From Narcine bancroftii (taxonomy: Eukaryota): DNA of 64,000 nucleotides. The stretch's first letter is position 1. Each line of letters starts with the position of its first letter. The notes under the pieces are model-generated. The model ran no database searches and was not told the DNA's origin. It was given only the letters and a program-made list of their open reading frames with translations. The position numbers and the translations under genes are program-made. Where the stretch lies: NCBI RefSeq assembly GCF_036971445.1, contig NC_091475.1:13888001-13952000 (forward strand), in the 5' to 3' direction. Below are positions 13,013 to 24,946 of the stretch, one piece after another.

Positions 13013-13389
13013 CTTATTATTTATTTATTAATGTATTAAATTATTTTAATCTGTTCTTTCTGCTTGAGGTTGCTGGTTGCTTGAATTCTACATAACAGGG
13101 ATTTTACTGTATTTACCTGGTTGGTCGGTGGTGACCACTGGTAATGCTTTTGAATGTCAAGGAGAGATGGCAAAACTTTCTTTTGCTGGAAATGGTCATT
13201 GTCCAGCACTTTTGTAGTAGAATTATTACTTGCTACTATTTGATTCATAATAAAAACAGGACATGCTAGAAAATCTCTGCAGGGCAGGCAGTAGCTTTAG
13301 AAAGACAAACAGTTCATTTTTCACATCTGTGAAGCTTTATCACCAACTGTTTCTCATCTCACAAAATCTGACTGATCAGCTGTTTCTTC

Positions 13390-13989
13390 TCTGCATCGGA
13401 AAGACTGGGCACAGACTAGGAGATCACTTCGCTCAGCAGCTTCACTCTGTCTGCCTCAGTGACAAGGATCTCCCAGTGGCCAACCTCTTCAAATTCGCGC
13501 CCCACTCCTATGGTCATGTCTGTCCATGGCCTCGTTCGTGTACTGTCCCACCAAGACTACCCGTAAATTGGAGGAACAGCCCCTGATTTTCCATCTGGGC
13601 CCTCTCCAACTGGATGGCATTCACATTGATTTCTGCTCACCTACTCTCCGTTCTCCCTCCCTACCCTCTCCCTTTGTCTTCTCTCCTCCAGTTATCTACC
13701 CCCTTCCCACTCTATACACAGAGCCATCTGTCCTCCCTCTGTTTGCTGCTGTGCCCTCCCTCCCTTATCCACCTATAAGCTCCTGCCTTTGGGACGTGCT
13801 GGTCCCCCTACCCTTTCCCCCCTACCATTTTGTTAGGGTCTGCTGACATTTTCCTTACCTTGATGAAGGGCTCAAGCCTGAAACATTGGTTATGTATCTT
13901 TATATAAAGTACACTGTTTGACCAACTGACTTTCTCCAGCATTGTGTTTTAACTTCATCCATGGTGTCTGCAGACTTGTGTGTCTTACA
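13390..13989 (+). mobile_element. Penelope-like retroelement 3' fragment (GIY-YIG endonuclease plus 3' terminus with hammerhead motif)
   Basis: LLCIGKTGHRLGDHFAQQLHSV...LPVANLF and RKLEEQPLIFHLGPLQLDGIHIDF (GIY-YIG C-terminal half), pyrimidine-rich UTR, ttgatgaagggctcaagcctgaaacattggt. Confidence 0.85.
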
Positions 13990-14497
13990 GCTGTGTCTTT
14001 TCTGTCTACAGTATTTTTGACTGTTGGTGTCCAGCTCTGTACATTCCATGGTCACTTAACACCATAATCATGCCAGACTTTTCCCCCTGTCAAATCTTTG
14101 TGACAGGAAGATTTCCCATGGAAGTCACTTTGAAACCACCATGCACAACTCTCTCAACAAGGAGGGAGATACCACCACTTCTATTCTATTTCCCATGGCT
14201 GTTACTGCCACTTGAGTACTATACCAAGCAAAGCAACCTCATATCCGTGAACAAGTTACTATAGTGGAAGAAATTCTTCATGTTCTCTCAGATGCTCACT
14301 GTCCACTGTGGACAGTTTTAAGAATTTTCCCATCAACTCAACCCTTACACTAAGGAATCAGACAGCGTCAAATTAAACTGACCTTGAAATATTGCCTCTT
14401 TGCTGGGTTTTAACCTGCCATATCATGACCAACTTTTCTTGGTTGTATATGCCAATCTTGGAGCTTTTCAAGGTGCTAAAAGAGTTAAGGTATATCT

Positions 14498-15120
14498 TCA
14501 AGTAAAAAGACACAATGCTGGACAAAATTTGCAGGTCAAACAGAGTACTTTATATATCAAAGATAAAGATTCGTAACCAGCATTTTGGGCTTAAGTCCTT
14601 TATCAATGTATGGAAAAATGTTGGCAGGCATCTGAACAAAATGATAGGGGGGCAAAGGGGTAGGGAGAGGAATGCAGTCCCCAAAGGCAGGAAGTAATAT
14701 GTGGATAGGGGAGGGAGGGCACAGCAGCAAGCTGGCGGAGGAGGGTTGGCTTTCTGAATAGAGAGGGAAGGAGGTGGAGAGCTAAGGGGAAAGGGAAGGG
14801 GGGGGAATAGAGAGTGGGTTAGCAGAAACCGGAGAAGTCGATGTTAATGCCATCCTATTGGAGTGAACCCAGATGCAAAATCAAGTGTTGTTCCTCCAAT
14901 TTGCGGGTGGTCATGAGTGGTCTACCCCCATCTCTCCTCTCCTATCAGTTTGTTTGGGCACCTGCTGACATTTTTCATACCTCGATGAAGGGCTTAAGCC
15001 CAAAACTTTGGTTATGTATCTTTAACTTTGCTACATAAAGTACACTGTATGACCTGCTGAGTTTCTCCAGCGCCGTGCTTTTACTTCAACTGTGGATTCT
15101 GCAACCTTTCGTGTTTTACA
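14498..15120. mobile_element. Penelope-derived inverted insertion (long minus-strand 3' fragment plus short plus-strand 3' fragment)
   Basis: Both ends are outward-facing Penelope termini; 11-bp TSD aaggtatatct/aaggcatatct; internal GIY-YIG C-terminus on the minus strand (14840-14910). Confidence 0.8.
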
Positions 15121-15808
15121 AAGGCATATCTATAATATTTTAGAGACCTTGTAAGGTACACCATCATTGAACTAATCAGTTGGCCAACTGAACATAAACT
15201 TTGCAAAACCCTCACTTGGATTATTGTGTGCATCTGTGACCACCAAACTATTGGAAGTACGTAGTGTCTCTGAACAAAGTGTGGAAGGAATTCAGCTTGG
15301 AGGACTTTGGTAATGTGGAGAGGTTGTATAGACTGGGGTTGTTTTCCTAGGAGAAAAGGTGGCTGAGGGCAAATAATTTTGAATGAAATTATAAGTGGCA
15401 GGTAGTCAGAATCTTTTTTCCTGAGTATGCTAATTGCAAAGAGGGCACAGACTTGGGGTGAGAGAAAAGAATTTTGAAGGGAATTTGATGAGAACAATTT
15501 TGATGCAGTTTGTGGTTGATATCTGGAACTCCTTGCCAGAGGCAAATCAGATATGATCATTACATTTAAAAGAAATTTGAACAGTCACTTTATTGAAGAA
15601 ATTTGACATTCATTATTGAAGATGGTCAATATTTAACTAACCATAGTGGGTTGTAAAACACAGCAAAATTCATAGATAATAAAGGTATATTCACATTCAT
15701 TTATAAAGCAATTTCTAGTTCTAATTTTTAAATTCTGAGATACAACATGGTAACAGGCCCTTCTGGACCATCCTGCCCAAGTACACCATGTGACCAATTA
15801 ACCTACTA

Positions 15809-16217
15809 CAGGTAGAATGCCCCTTAACTGAAATGCATGGGACCAGAAGGGCTTCAGATTTTTGATTTTTTTCGATTTGTAGAATAATGTGTTTAAAATT
15901 GTTTTGTACTTACCAAAAAGACTTGATCTTTGCTTACAAAAGAAGATAAATGCACCACCAAATATTAGAGATTATGCTGGATGGCAAAAATCCCAGTGAG
16001 TAATGCGCTGGATGGCAAAAATCCCAGTGAGTAATGCGCTGGATGGCAAAAATCCCAGTGAGTAATGCGCTGGATGGCAAAAATCCCAGTGAGTAATGCA
16101 CGTAGGTCTGGCAGTGATGTTGGCTGGCGCCCACTTGTGGCGTCATGTCAGCGCTCAAAAAGCTTCGGATTTTGGTGCACTTCAGATTTCGGAATCGGAT
16201 AAGGGGTACTCGGCTTG
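15809..16217. mobile_element. Tigger/pogo-like MITE
   Basis: TA|caggtagaatgccccttaactgaaatg ... tcggataaggggtactcggcttg|TA: imperfect TIRs and TA TSD. Confidence 0.75.
15976..16099. repeat. Perfect minisatellite, 4 x 31 bp (gctggatggcaaaaatcccagtgagtaatgc)
   Basis: Four identical head-to-tail copies with no spacers. Confidence 0.97.
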
Positions 16218-17014
16218 TAACCCCATGAGGAAACTGGAGTATCCAGAGGAAACCAACATAGACATAGGGAGAATGTACAAAATCCTTTCAGACAGCACTG
16301 TAGTCAAACTGGCAAGGTAATAGTACTGACCGCTACAACAACTGTGCAGCTTGAAGAGCTCATCAGCACATAACTTTGGCTTTGTTTCTCCCTTTATAGA
16401 TGTTGTCTGATCTGCCGAGCATTTCCAGCAGATTCTAATTATATTTCCACCATGTTTTTCATGTGGGAATAGAAACTAAAGTTCCAAATTACACCTCCCT
16501 CAACAAATAGTCATAAAACAACAAAAACCAGAAAGTTGTTTTGCTAAAGACTCATCGGTTCAGGCCTCTTTCTTGAACCCTGCTCTTTTGACATCCAACA
16601 CTGATTTGATTTTCATCATTTTTCTTTTGTTCTTGTCCTTTTCTCTCTTACCTTGTTGACTGGAACCCAGAAGGGAAAAGTCCCATTTGGTAAAACAAGC
16701 ATGTGGGTTCAGTTTTGATATCTGATCTCACATGATTAATTTATTATGGGTGGGGTGGACAGGAGGAAGCTGATTAAGTGAAAGCTTATACACAAGGTAT
16801 TGCACTGTCTTTAGGTATGACAGGTTTAACCAAATTTGCCAGTGATTCTCAGTAGATAATGGATTAATTCTTTAAAGGTAATAGTTTGAAGTTTTATATC
16901 GCCATCTCCTACAAGATTGGAAATAATTATTAAATATAATTATACTTTAAACCTTTTACTATGCTTTCAACATCTTTTTAATTAGCATGGTACTAGTCCA
17001 AACGGCAAGAATTT

Positions 17015-17405
17015 TGGAGCATCATACAGTGTGGAAACAGGCCCTTCGACCCAACTTGTTCATCCTGACCAAAATATCCCACCCAAACTACTCCCACCTG
17101 CCTGCACGTGGCCCGTAACCAACCTATCAGGTAGCTATCCAATTTTTTCTTAAACTTTACAGTTGTACCTGCCTCAACCACTTACCCCAGCTGTCCATTC
17201 CATACTCCCACCACCCTCTGTGTTTCAAAAAAATGTTACCCTTCAGGTTCCTGCTAAATCTCTCTCCCACCAAACCTCCCCCCCCCCCCCCACCTTAAAC
17301 CTATGTGATTACCAATTCCCCTACTATGGGCAAATGACTGTGTGCTCACTTGATCCATTCCGCTCATGATTTTGTATACCTCTAGGAGATCACTCCTATT
17401 CCATT
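17015..17405 (-). mobile_element. CR1 3' end fragment
   Basis: Minus strand MVEAGTTVKFKKKLDSYL and CR1 3'UTR (gggtcgaagggcctgtttcc). Confidence 0.75.
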
Positions 17406-17524
17406 TAGTTATGGTAACAATGTGAGTAATTTGACATTACACTGTTTGAATTTGGATGCCTTTGGAACACATCTGAAGTGCAATCTGACACCTAAATTTA
17501 ACCTGTGTATATTTGAAATCTTAT

Positions 17525-17728
17525 TTGAAACGCCTTTAGAGCACCAGTGATCAGGACCAGGGTTCGAATCCTGCACTGTGTGTAAGGAGTTTCTACACTC
17601 TCCCTGTATCTGTGTGGGTTTTCCCCAGGGGTGCATTTGAAACGTACTGGGGATGTCGGTGGTGCAAATTGGGCAGCATGGACTTGTGGGCAGATATGGC
17701 CCGTTACCATGCTGTGTGTCTAAGTTTA
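17525..17728 (+). mobile_element. V-SINE (HE1-like)
   Basis: B-box ggttcgaatcc, V-domain taaggagtttctacactctccctgtatctgtgtgggttttcccc, CR1-like tail. Confidence 0.8.
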
Positions 17729-19088
17729 AAAATTTTAAATAAAATTGATGAACCAGTGTGGAACTTAAGAGCCAGACACAAATATAATTTTCAAAACTCA
17801 ACAACATTGCACAAGCTGAATTACGTAAAAAATGTAGAAATGTGTGTCAGTCCCTCTCATTCAACCCTGTGATATAGAGGGTTGTGTCCCGGAGTCTGAG
17901 ATTATTTCCTTTGGCCAAGATAACTCCTGAGTTTAAGCAAAACACTTGAAACTGCATATTGGGGTTAACCAAGAAAGGTAAAGTGAAATCAAATTTATTG
18001 CCACCTGATTGTACAAGTTCAACTTGATGAAACAGCATTCTCCGGTCCTCACTGCAAAGCAATGTGAATTTTTTTATTTATTTGTCCTTTATCTATTAAT
18101 AAAGAGATGAATGCAGATGTCCACACAGTATTTCTTTGCAAGAGATTATCAGTTTAACTTCCCTCAAACACTGATGTTTAAAGCTACCACGCACTTTGCA
18201 GCATTTTAAACATAATATGCGTGCATTTGAATAGATCAGGAAGTTTTTTTTTAAATTCATTAACACACCTCTAAAGCTGCATTGCAGCAACATTCAGGAA
18301 AATTACTCACATTTGAGAGCATATTTACATTTTTAGGGTTTTACTTTCATATTACGCTAAGTTTCCTTACAAAATCATCTTCAACAAGTATGTTAATATG
18401 TGAAGTAATCAAAATAAAAGAGAGTCTTTCAGGACCTCAAACTGATTCAATGACATACTTTCTAGCTTCCCTTACAAATCATATTATGGCCCATTTAGTC
18501 ATCTGTCAATGCAGAATGGAAAAGAAAATTAAATATGCAAGTCACTGATGAGGTAACAATTTAATGGATACTAATATCAACACAATTGCCAACACAAATA
18601 TGCTTTGAGTAGGTTCATGTGTATCGATTACTAAGTATTCAGACAAGCTTAACTTTGTGCAACCAAACAACTTTTTTTTTGCCAATTGTGTAGCAAAGAT
18701 GAAAGGAGTAGAAATTAAACCAGTGTTCTATCTCAAACTGATTCTCCAGAGGCATGGTTTTCAGAACCCTGTCACAATACGATCAAAGAATTACCAAGGA
18801 TTTCCCTTCCAGTACACAAAGTTTTAAACCCCAGCCAGAAGTGTCTTGATTCCCAATGAATTTCTTTCATTAATGTGAAGAGATTCATCCAAATCGATGA
18901 ATGAAACGCTTTTTTTAAAAAAATCCACACTTGTGCATTTAAATAGAAATTTTAAATTCACTTTACTTTGGGTTTACATCTTCTAGTTTGAGTGGACTGA
19001 CTTCCTTTGACATATCCTGGATTTTAAAAGGTGGCATTTAAAGTAATTTAGAGCATCATTTTACACTCGTGTTTCCCACTTTTGATAT

Positions 19089-20110
19089 CACTGGTGTTAG
19101 GTCTGCTTTGTTCATGAATGAGTGAGACAAACACCAGGCTGAGTCGAAATCAGGGTTCTTTGTTCTTTATTACCGGATTGTAACACTTGCGACTAACCAT
19201 GTTAGTCGGAGAATGCATTCTGCCGTTATCAGCAAAATGGTGATTTTTTATACCCTTGGATATGTGCTTAGAACATCATCATATCATTACTTGTCCAATG
19301 ACTAAAACTGTTGCTATCCTTTCCCTGCTAGCTTCCTGCCTCTCAATCCATCAATGTCTCTCTTATCTTGTAAGTACAAGGATGCATTCACATCTTGTTA
19401 CAGCCCTGTACATTCCCATCTCATGATGTTTTACCTAACAGGAGTACAAGGACACCTCCCCTTCTTGTTACAGCCCTGTACAGGGTAACTCCCTACACAT
19501 TCCCATCTCATGATGTTTTACCTTACACTGGGCAATGAAGGTTTTGCGTCCTGAACACTTTTGAATGTATTTTATGGATTTTGGGTAGCTGATCACAAAA
19601 ATCACATTTAAATTTTCCTATCACATACCGTTTTTTAGATCTAACCTATTTTTTTGATTTCCTATCATTATTTAAGTCCACTTCAAGCGTACAAAACCAT
19701 AAAATGCAACATGTCGTTGAAAATTCATTTTCTATATTCTCACTTGGATGTCTTCCAAGTGCAGAGAGTGAGGGTCACAGTGAAAGGTTTCACCAGAACA
19801 TTGCAACCATAAAAAAGGGGTCTCAGGACAACTGGAATCCATCAATGCTGGCCAACTATTGTTGGACACTGACATGAGAGGCATCAGATGCTGAGTACAA
19901 ACAAAAATCAGTGGCAAAACATTTTTAGGTCAGTTGAACTAATGCCATTAAACATGCTAAATTCAATAAAAGTTAATTTAATGTTTCTCCAACTTACTAG
20001 GTGATGCAGCAAATCTGAAATTATCTTTGTGTTCAGCTCAAAGTTGTCTATCATAATCCCCAATTTTTTTAAGGAAGGACACCATTTGAAAAAAAAAATG
20101 TTATCCAGTG
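19089..20110 (+). mobile_element. Chapaev3-like (CMC) non-autonomous DNA transposon relic, left end interrupted by a solo LTR
   Basis: CACTGG...CCAGTG termini; 19730-19915 carries a degraded HFLYSHLD..F / ERFHQNIAT / NWNPSMLANYCWTL / ASDAEYKQKS transposase C-terminus; family name recalled from memory. Confidence 0.55.
19095..19527 (-). mobile_element. Solo LTR, 433 bp
   Basis: TGTTAGG...CCTTACA inverted termini, perfect 4-bp TSD ctgg, AATAAA and TATAAA on the minus strand. Confidence 0.85.
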
Positions 20111-22029
20111 TTATTGGCTAACTAATATGAGTCCTGGTTTGGTGCTAACATTTGTAACTCCTCAGCCAGAAATGTCGTGGATTCAAGCCCTGATCCATTT
20201 TATTTAATAATATAGAAGCAGAAAGAGACAATTAAGATACCGGCTGATCTGTGTGTCAACTTCATTTGTGTGCCTTGGCATCAGTCCACCGAATCACACC
20301 TAGAGATTTCACCATTGCTCTGCATTTCCTAGTGCCAGTTTAAATCAAGTGGTGAAGGGGCTGGAAGTGAAACAGGATGAAATGGAGAGTGGAACTAAGC
20401 AAAGAAGAATGTCCAACCAATAAGTGTTTCATTCCCACCGCAGTCCTGATTTGTGCCTTGTAGATGGTAAGAAGGGTCTGGAATGTCAGGAGGTGAGTCA
20501 CTTGCTACAAAATACCCAGGCGTTGCCTTGCCTTGAGGTCATGGTATATATTCAGCTGGTCAGTAGTGTTCCTCAGAAAGCTGATAACATCATTGAAAAG
20601 TGGTGAAACTCTTTTTTTTTTGGAAATGGCCATTGCCTGACACTTTTGTTCTGGTTATTTATTTGCTGCCTATCAGTCCATATTAAAAGCAGAAAAAAAC
20701 TCAGCAGTGAAAACAAGTTTTGAATCTTAGAGTCAATTTGATTTTATTGAAGAAAAATCTATCAATCTTTCTCCCTTTTGCGGAGTTCAAACAAACAGCA
20801 CTCATTGCATTTTTGTGGGGGGGGGGGGAATTACTTTCTTGTTGTCTTGTATCCATGACAAGATTATGCCTTTGCTTTCATTTCAATTACCAGTGGAAAA
20901 GGTTCCTTCCACCTGCATCTCACAAAATTAAAATTCATCACCCTTTACACTTCTTTGCTGAGTAGAAAAGCATATTTTTTGCAATCTAATTCTTTCTTTA
21001 AGCTGTTATTCTGATGAAGCTGTGCTGGACCCAGGTCCAAAAGACCTCACCTGAGAGTGGTTCTGAATGCAAATTGTTACAAAACTAAAGCTTAAACGTT
21101 AAAGAGCTTAGCTAATATGAAGCTTTAATGCTGGACTTTGGCAGGTTAACTTTTTTTAAATGAAACACTACACCATTCTCCTGTGCATTTCCTGACCCTC
21201 AATAGTCCCATTCCTAAAGGTGGTACGGGGGACTGGCAGTTAGTGCAACAGTCTCACAGCTCCAGTGAGCTTCGATTGATTCTGGCCTTGCATGAACTTT
21301 GTATAGTCTCCTTTTGACACCCCAGATTTCAGCTCCAATCTCTTCCCATGTCTGAGCATTATGTGAAGTTACCCTATTCCAAATTTCTTTGCATTTAACC
21401 TCTTTTCCATGGCCAGCCTCCAAACTACTGGAAAGAGTCTGCTTTCATTTACCTGTCTTAACGATACAAAATTATAAACATTTCCATCTGAGGATATCTT
21501 GGTGATAGGTTTGGAGACAAGAGCGTTATTGTGTAGTATCTTTGCTGTAGAGAACAGGAAAGTGTAGCCATTCACTTGAACAATTTTCATATTTTTGTGA
21601 CCACTTGTAACTACGCTCCTTCATTGCCAGAATTACTCCAGAATAACTCTTCTCCATCCATTCTAAGACCTTAAGATCATTCAAGTGTGCAGGTTAAGAG
21701 TGAGTGTGCATGGTGACCTTTTTGCTCTTGATGCCTTTCATGAAGCCCAGGAACCAAAATTAATTTTTAACCAATTTCCAAACCTGGCTGACTGCTTTCA
21801 TCAAATCATACATCCAGAAACAGGCTATTTGGCCCTTTAAGTCTATGCCGACCATCAAGCACCCACTTACACTGCTCCTACACCAATCCCATGTTTTTCT
21901 CCCAACATTCTGATAAATTCCCCACAGATTCTATCAGAGTCAGGTTTATTGTCATGAACATGTGCCATGAAATTTGTTTGTTTTGCAGCAGTTGTATAGT
22001 GCAAGGTGGAAAATTACTACAAATTACAA

Positions 22030-22265
22030 GGACAGCACGGTCAGTGTAGCGGTTAGCAGAACACCTTTATAGCGCCAGCTATTGGGACCAGACCGGGGTG
22101 CGAATCCCGCACCATCTGTAAGGAGTTTGTATGTTCTCCCCGTGTCTGCATGGGTTTTCCCCGGGGGCTCTGGTTTCCTCCCACCATTCAGAGCGTACTG
22201 GGGTGTACGTTAATGGGATGTAAATTGGGCAGCACGGACTTGTAGGCCATACTGTATTTCTAATT
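22030..22265 (+). mobile_element. V-SINE (HE1-like), near full length
   Basis: A-box gtagcggttagc, B-box gggtgcgaatccc, V-domain aaggagtttgtatgttctccccgtgtctgcatgggttttcccc. Confidence 0.85.
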
Positions 22266-22591
22266 TTAAAAAAATGCTGTTAATGCAAGATTTTTTAAAA
22301 AAATAACTAGTGTAAAAAAAGAGAAAAAGTGTGGTAGTGTCTACAGGTTCAATGTCCATTCAGAAATCTGATGGTGGAGTGGGTAATTTCAGGCTCCTGT
22401 ACCTCCTTACTAACAGTGACAGGGAGAAAAGGGCAAGGCCTGGATGGTGAGGGTCCTTGATGATAGAAACGAGGCACCACCTCTTCAAGATGTCCTTAAT
22501 GGAGTGACAAATGCCATGATGGCTGAGTTACCAACCCACCTATACACCCAAAGCCATTAACGGTGGCCAATTAACTTGCCAACCCACCCTC

Positions 22592-22876
22592 TGTGATGCG
22601 CTATCAAGCAGAAAGCAGACACAAAACATAAAGTCTGTTCAACAGGCTTTATTCTATATAAATTTCCACAGAGCTGGCTGTGAGAGTGTTGAGCAAAGCT
22701 CTGAGACTGACCTCGGGGGGCCGGATCTAGCTTATATCCTGGAGGGTGATTGGCAGCCGACTGGGTGGGGCATGGTCTATTCAGGTCGGCTGATTGACAG
22801 CCGGCCAGGTGTTGCCTTGTCATTCACTGCTCTTCTGCAGGTACACAGGTTGCCCCCTGCAGTAGGCTAGTGGAGC
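22592..22876 (-). mobile_element. Solo LTR related to 4267-4544, inserted in a minus-strand V-SINE (22555-23005)
   Basis: Shares gagggtgattgg, gattgacagccggccaggtgttg and gcaggtacacaggttgccccctgcagtagg with 303-563 and 4267-4544. Confidence 0.7.
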
Positions 22877-23519
22877 GCCCGGAGGAAATCCCTGAGGCCA
22901 CAGGGAGAAAGTATAAACTCCACGCAATGACACGGAGTTCAGAATTGAAACTGGGGTGCTGGAGATGCAAGGCAACAGGTTTACTGATTGTATCACTGCG
23001 CTTCTCCACAGTGACATCGATCTGTGCATAGATTCCCCCCTCACTTTTTTTGTTGCTCTACTCTGTTTCAAATTATGCCCTCTAGTTTACCTTATCTCTC
23101 TTGGTTCTTCCAACAAAAATGTAAGACTCTGGATTTTTCTGTGTTAAATTTAATCTGCCAAGCCTCATAGGTGTGCGAAAATGAAAACATAAAGCAGATG
23201 GTAACTGGGACCGATACATAATGAGACAGAAGGAATTATATCGGGTGGTCAGGAAATGGCAGAGAAATTAAGGAAATAGTCATGATGGAGAATTTTGGCT
23301 GAAAACATTGACTATTTTCTTCCTCCCACTGATACTGCTCGACACACTGAGTTCCTCTAGCAGATTGTGTTTGGCAATGAAGCTAATCTGCTGCCTCTAT
23401 CTTCACAGAACACTATCCAGAAAGCCTCCCGGGCAGACCAACTAGTCCAGTGTGAATGAAGACCTGAAAGAAATTAGCACTGGTTAAAAAAAAATGTTGA
23501 AATAAAATTTTTAAATTTT

Positions 23520-23752
23520 GACATACAGCACAGGGACAGGCCATTTCAGCCCACAAGTCCGTGCCGCCCAGTTAACCTACACCCCCGGTACGTTTCAAAT
23601 AGTTGGAGAGAACCAGAGCGTCTGGGGAAAACTCACCCAGACATGGGGAGAACATAAAAACTCCTTACAGACAGCACGGCATTCAAACCCTGATCCCAAT
23701 TGCCAGCACTGTAAAGGTGCTGCGCTAACCACTAGGCCAATTGTGCTGCCTG
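23520..23752 (-). mobile_element. V-SINE
   Basis: Reverse complement of the 22030 family. Confidence 0.8.
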
Positions 23753-24601
23753 ATGCGACTGCTAAGCAGTAAGTCCCAGGATATGTTGACCCGAACTTCA
23801 AGGTATTGTAAGAGATGATAGTGGATACATGGGTTATCACTTTCCAAAGTTCCACTGCTTCTAGAATAGTTTTCACAGATCAGAAGTTAATAAACATACT
23901 CCCACTATATAAGAAAGAACATTTATGACATCTGAGTGTGAAAAATGCTAGAATCTATTATTAAGGAAGTGATAATATAACTCTTGGAAAATATTAAGAG
24001 TATCGGGCTAGCCAAATTTGTAAAAATAATCTAGAAGAGGAATACATAGAGTGTATAAAATTTAAATTTTAGGCCCTTCAGCCCACAATGTTGTACTGAC
24101 CAATAGAAACCTACTCAACAAACTAAACCTTCCCAACCTTACAACCATATATCTCTACTTTTTATTGTAACCATGTGCCTGTCTAAGAGTCTTTTAAATG
24201 TCCCTATTCTTCCAGCCTCCACCACTACCTCTGGTAATGCACTCCAAAAACCCACTACTCCCTGTCTGTGTAAAAGAAATTACCTGTGACATCTCCCCAT
24301 CTCCCCTAAACTTTCCTCCCCTTGTACAGATGTCTTTTGGTGTTTTCTACTCTCCCCCTAGGAAAGAGGTACTTGCTGCCCACCCTATCTACGCCTCTCA
24401 CAATCTTGCAGACCTCATTACCATCTTGTATGCCTCGGATACAGGGCAATATTCTTCATCAAAATGTTGATGAAATAGTTAGAGAGCAGACCATCCTAAA
24501 CTGGACAGTAGGTAATGAGAAATTATATATTTTTTGCCACCTTATTGCCCCCTTGGGAAGGTGCATTATAACATGATAAAATTTTTCACTAAGATGTAGG
24601 G

Positions 24602-24946
24602 CAGTGGTTCTCAACCCTTTTCTTTCTACTCACATACCACTTTAAGTATACCTTATGCCATAGGTGATCTGTGATTAGTAAGGGATTGATTAAGGTGCTA
24701 TGTGGGTGGAAAGAAAAAGTATGAAAATCACTGCTTTAATCGTACCTCATTGACTCGTTATGTGTACGGTTTCATAACTCCAAAGGAAATGGGCCAATGA
24801 CAATTTTTCTCAAGCAAAATATTTCAGTAACAATTGGGTCTAGAGCAGTGATTCTCAACCTTTCCTTCCCACTCACATACCACCTTATGGCATAGGGATT
24901 ACTTAAAGTGGTATGTGAGTGGAAAGAGAAAGGTTGAGAACCACAG
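24602..24946. mobile_element. hAT-Charlie-type (MER5-like) composite MITE
   Basis: cagtggttctcaacc ... ggttgagaaccacag TIRs; perfect 8-bp TSD atgtaggg (24594-24601, 24947-24954). Confidence 0.9.

Larger units (their letters stand above)
15735..16345 (-). mobile_element. tRNA-derived V-SINE split by a Tigger-like MITE
   Basis: gaggaaactggagtatccagaggaaaccaacatagacatagggagaatgtacaaa is the reverse V-domain; the tail part is at 15735-15806. Confidence 0.65.

Noticed and set aside
15976-16099. CRISPR-like array of 31-bp repeats
   Set aside because: No spacers, no cas genes and a vertebrate context; it is a simple minisatellite.
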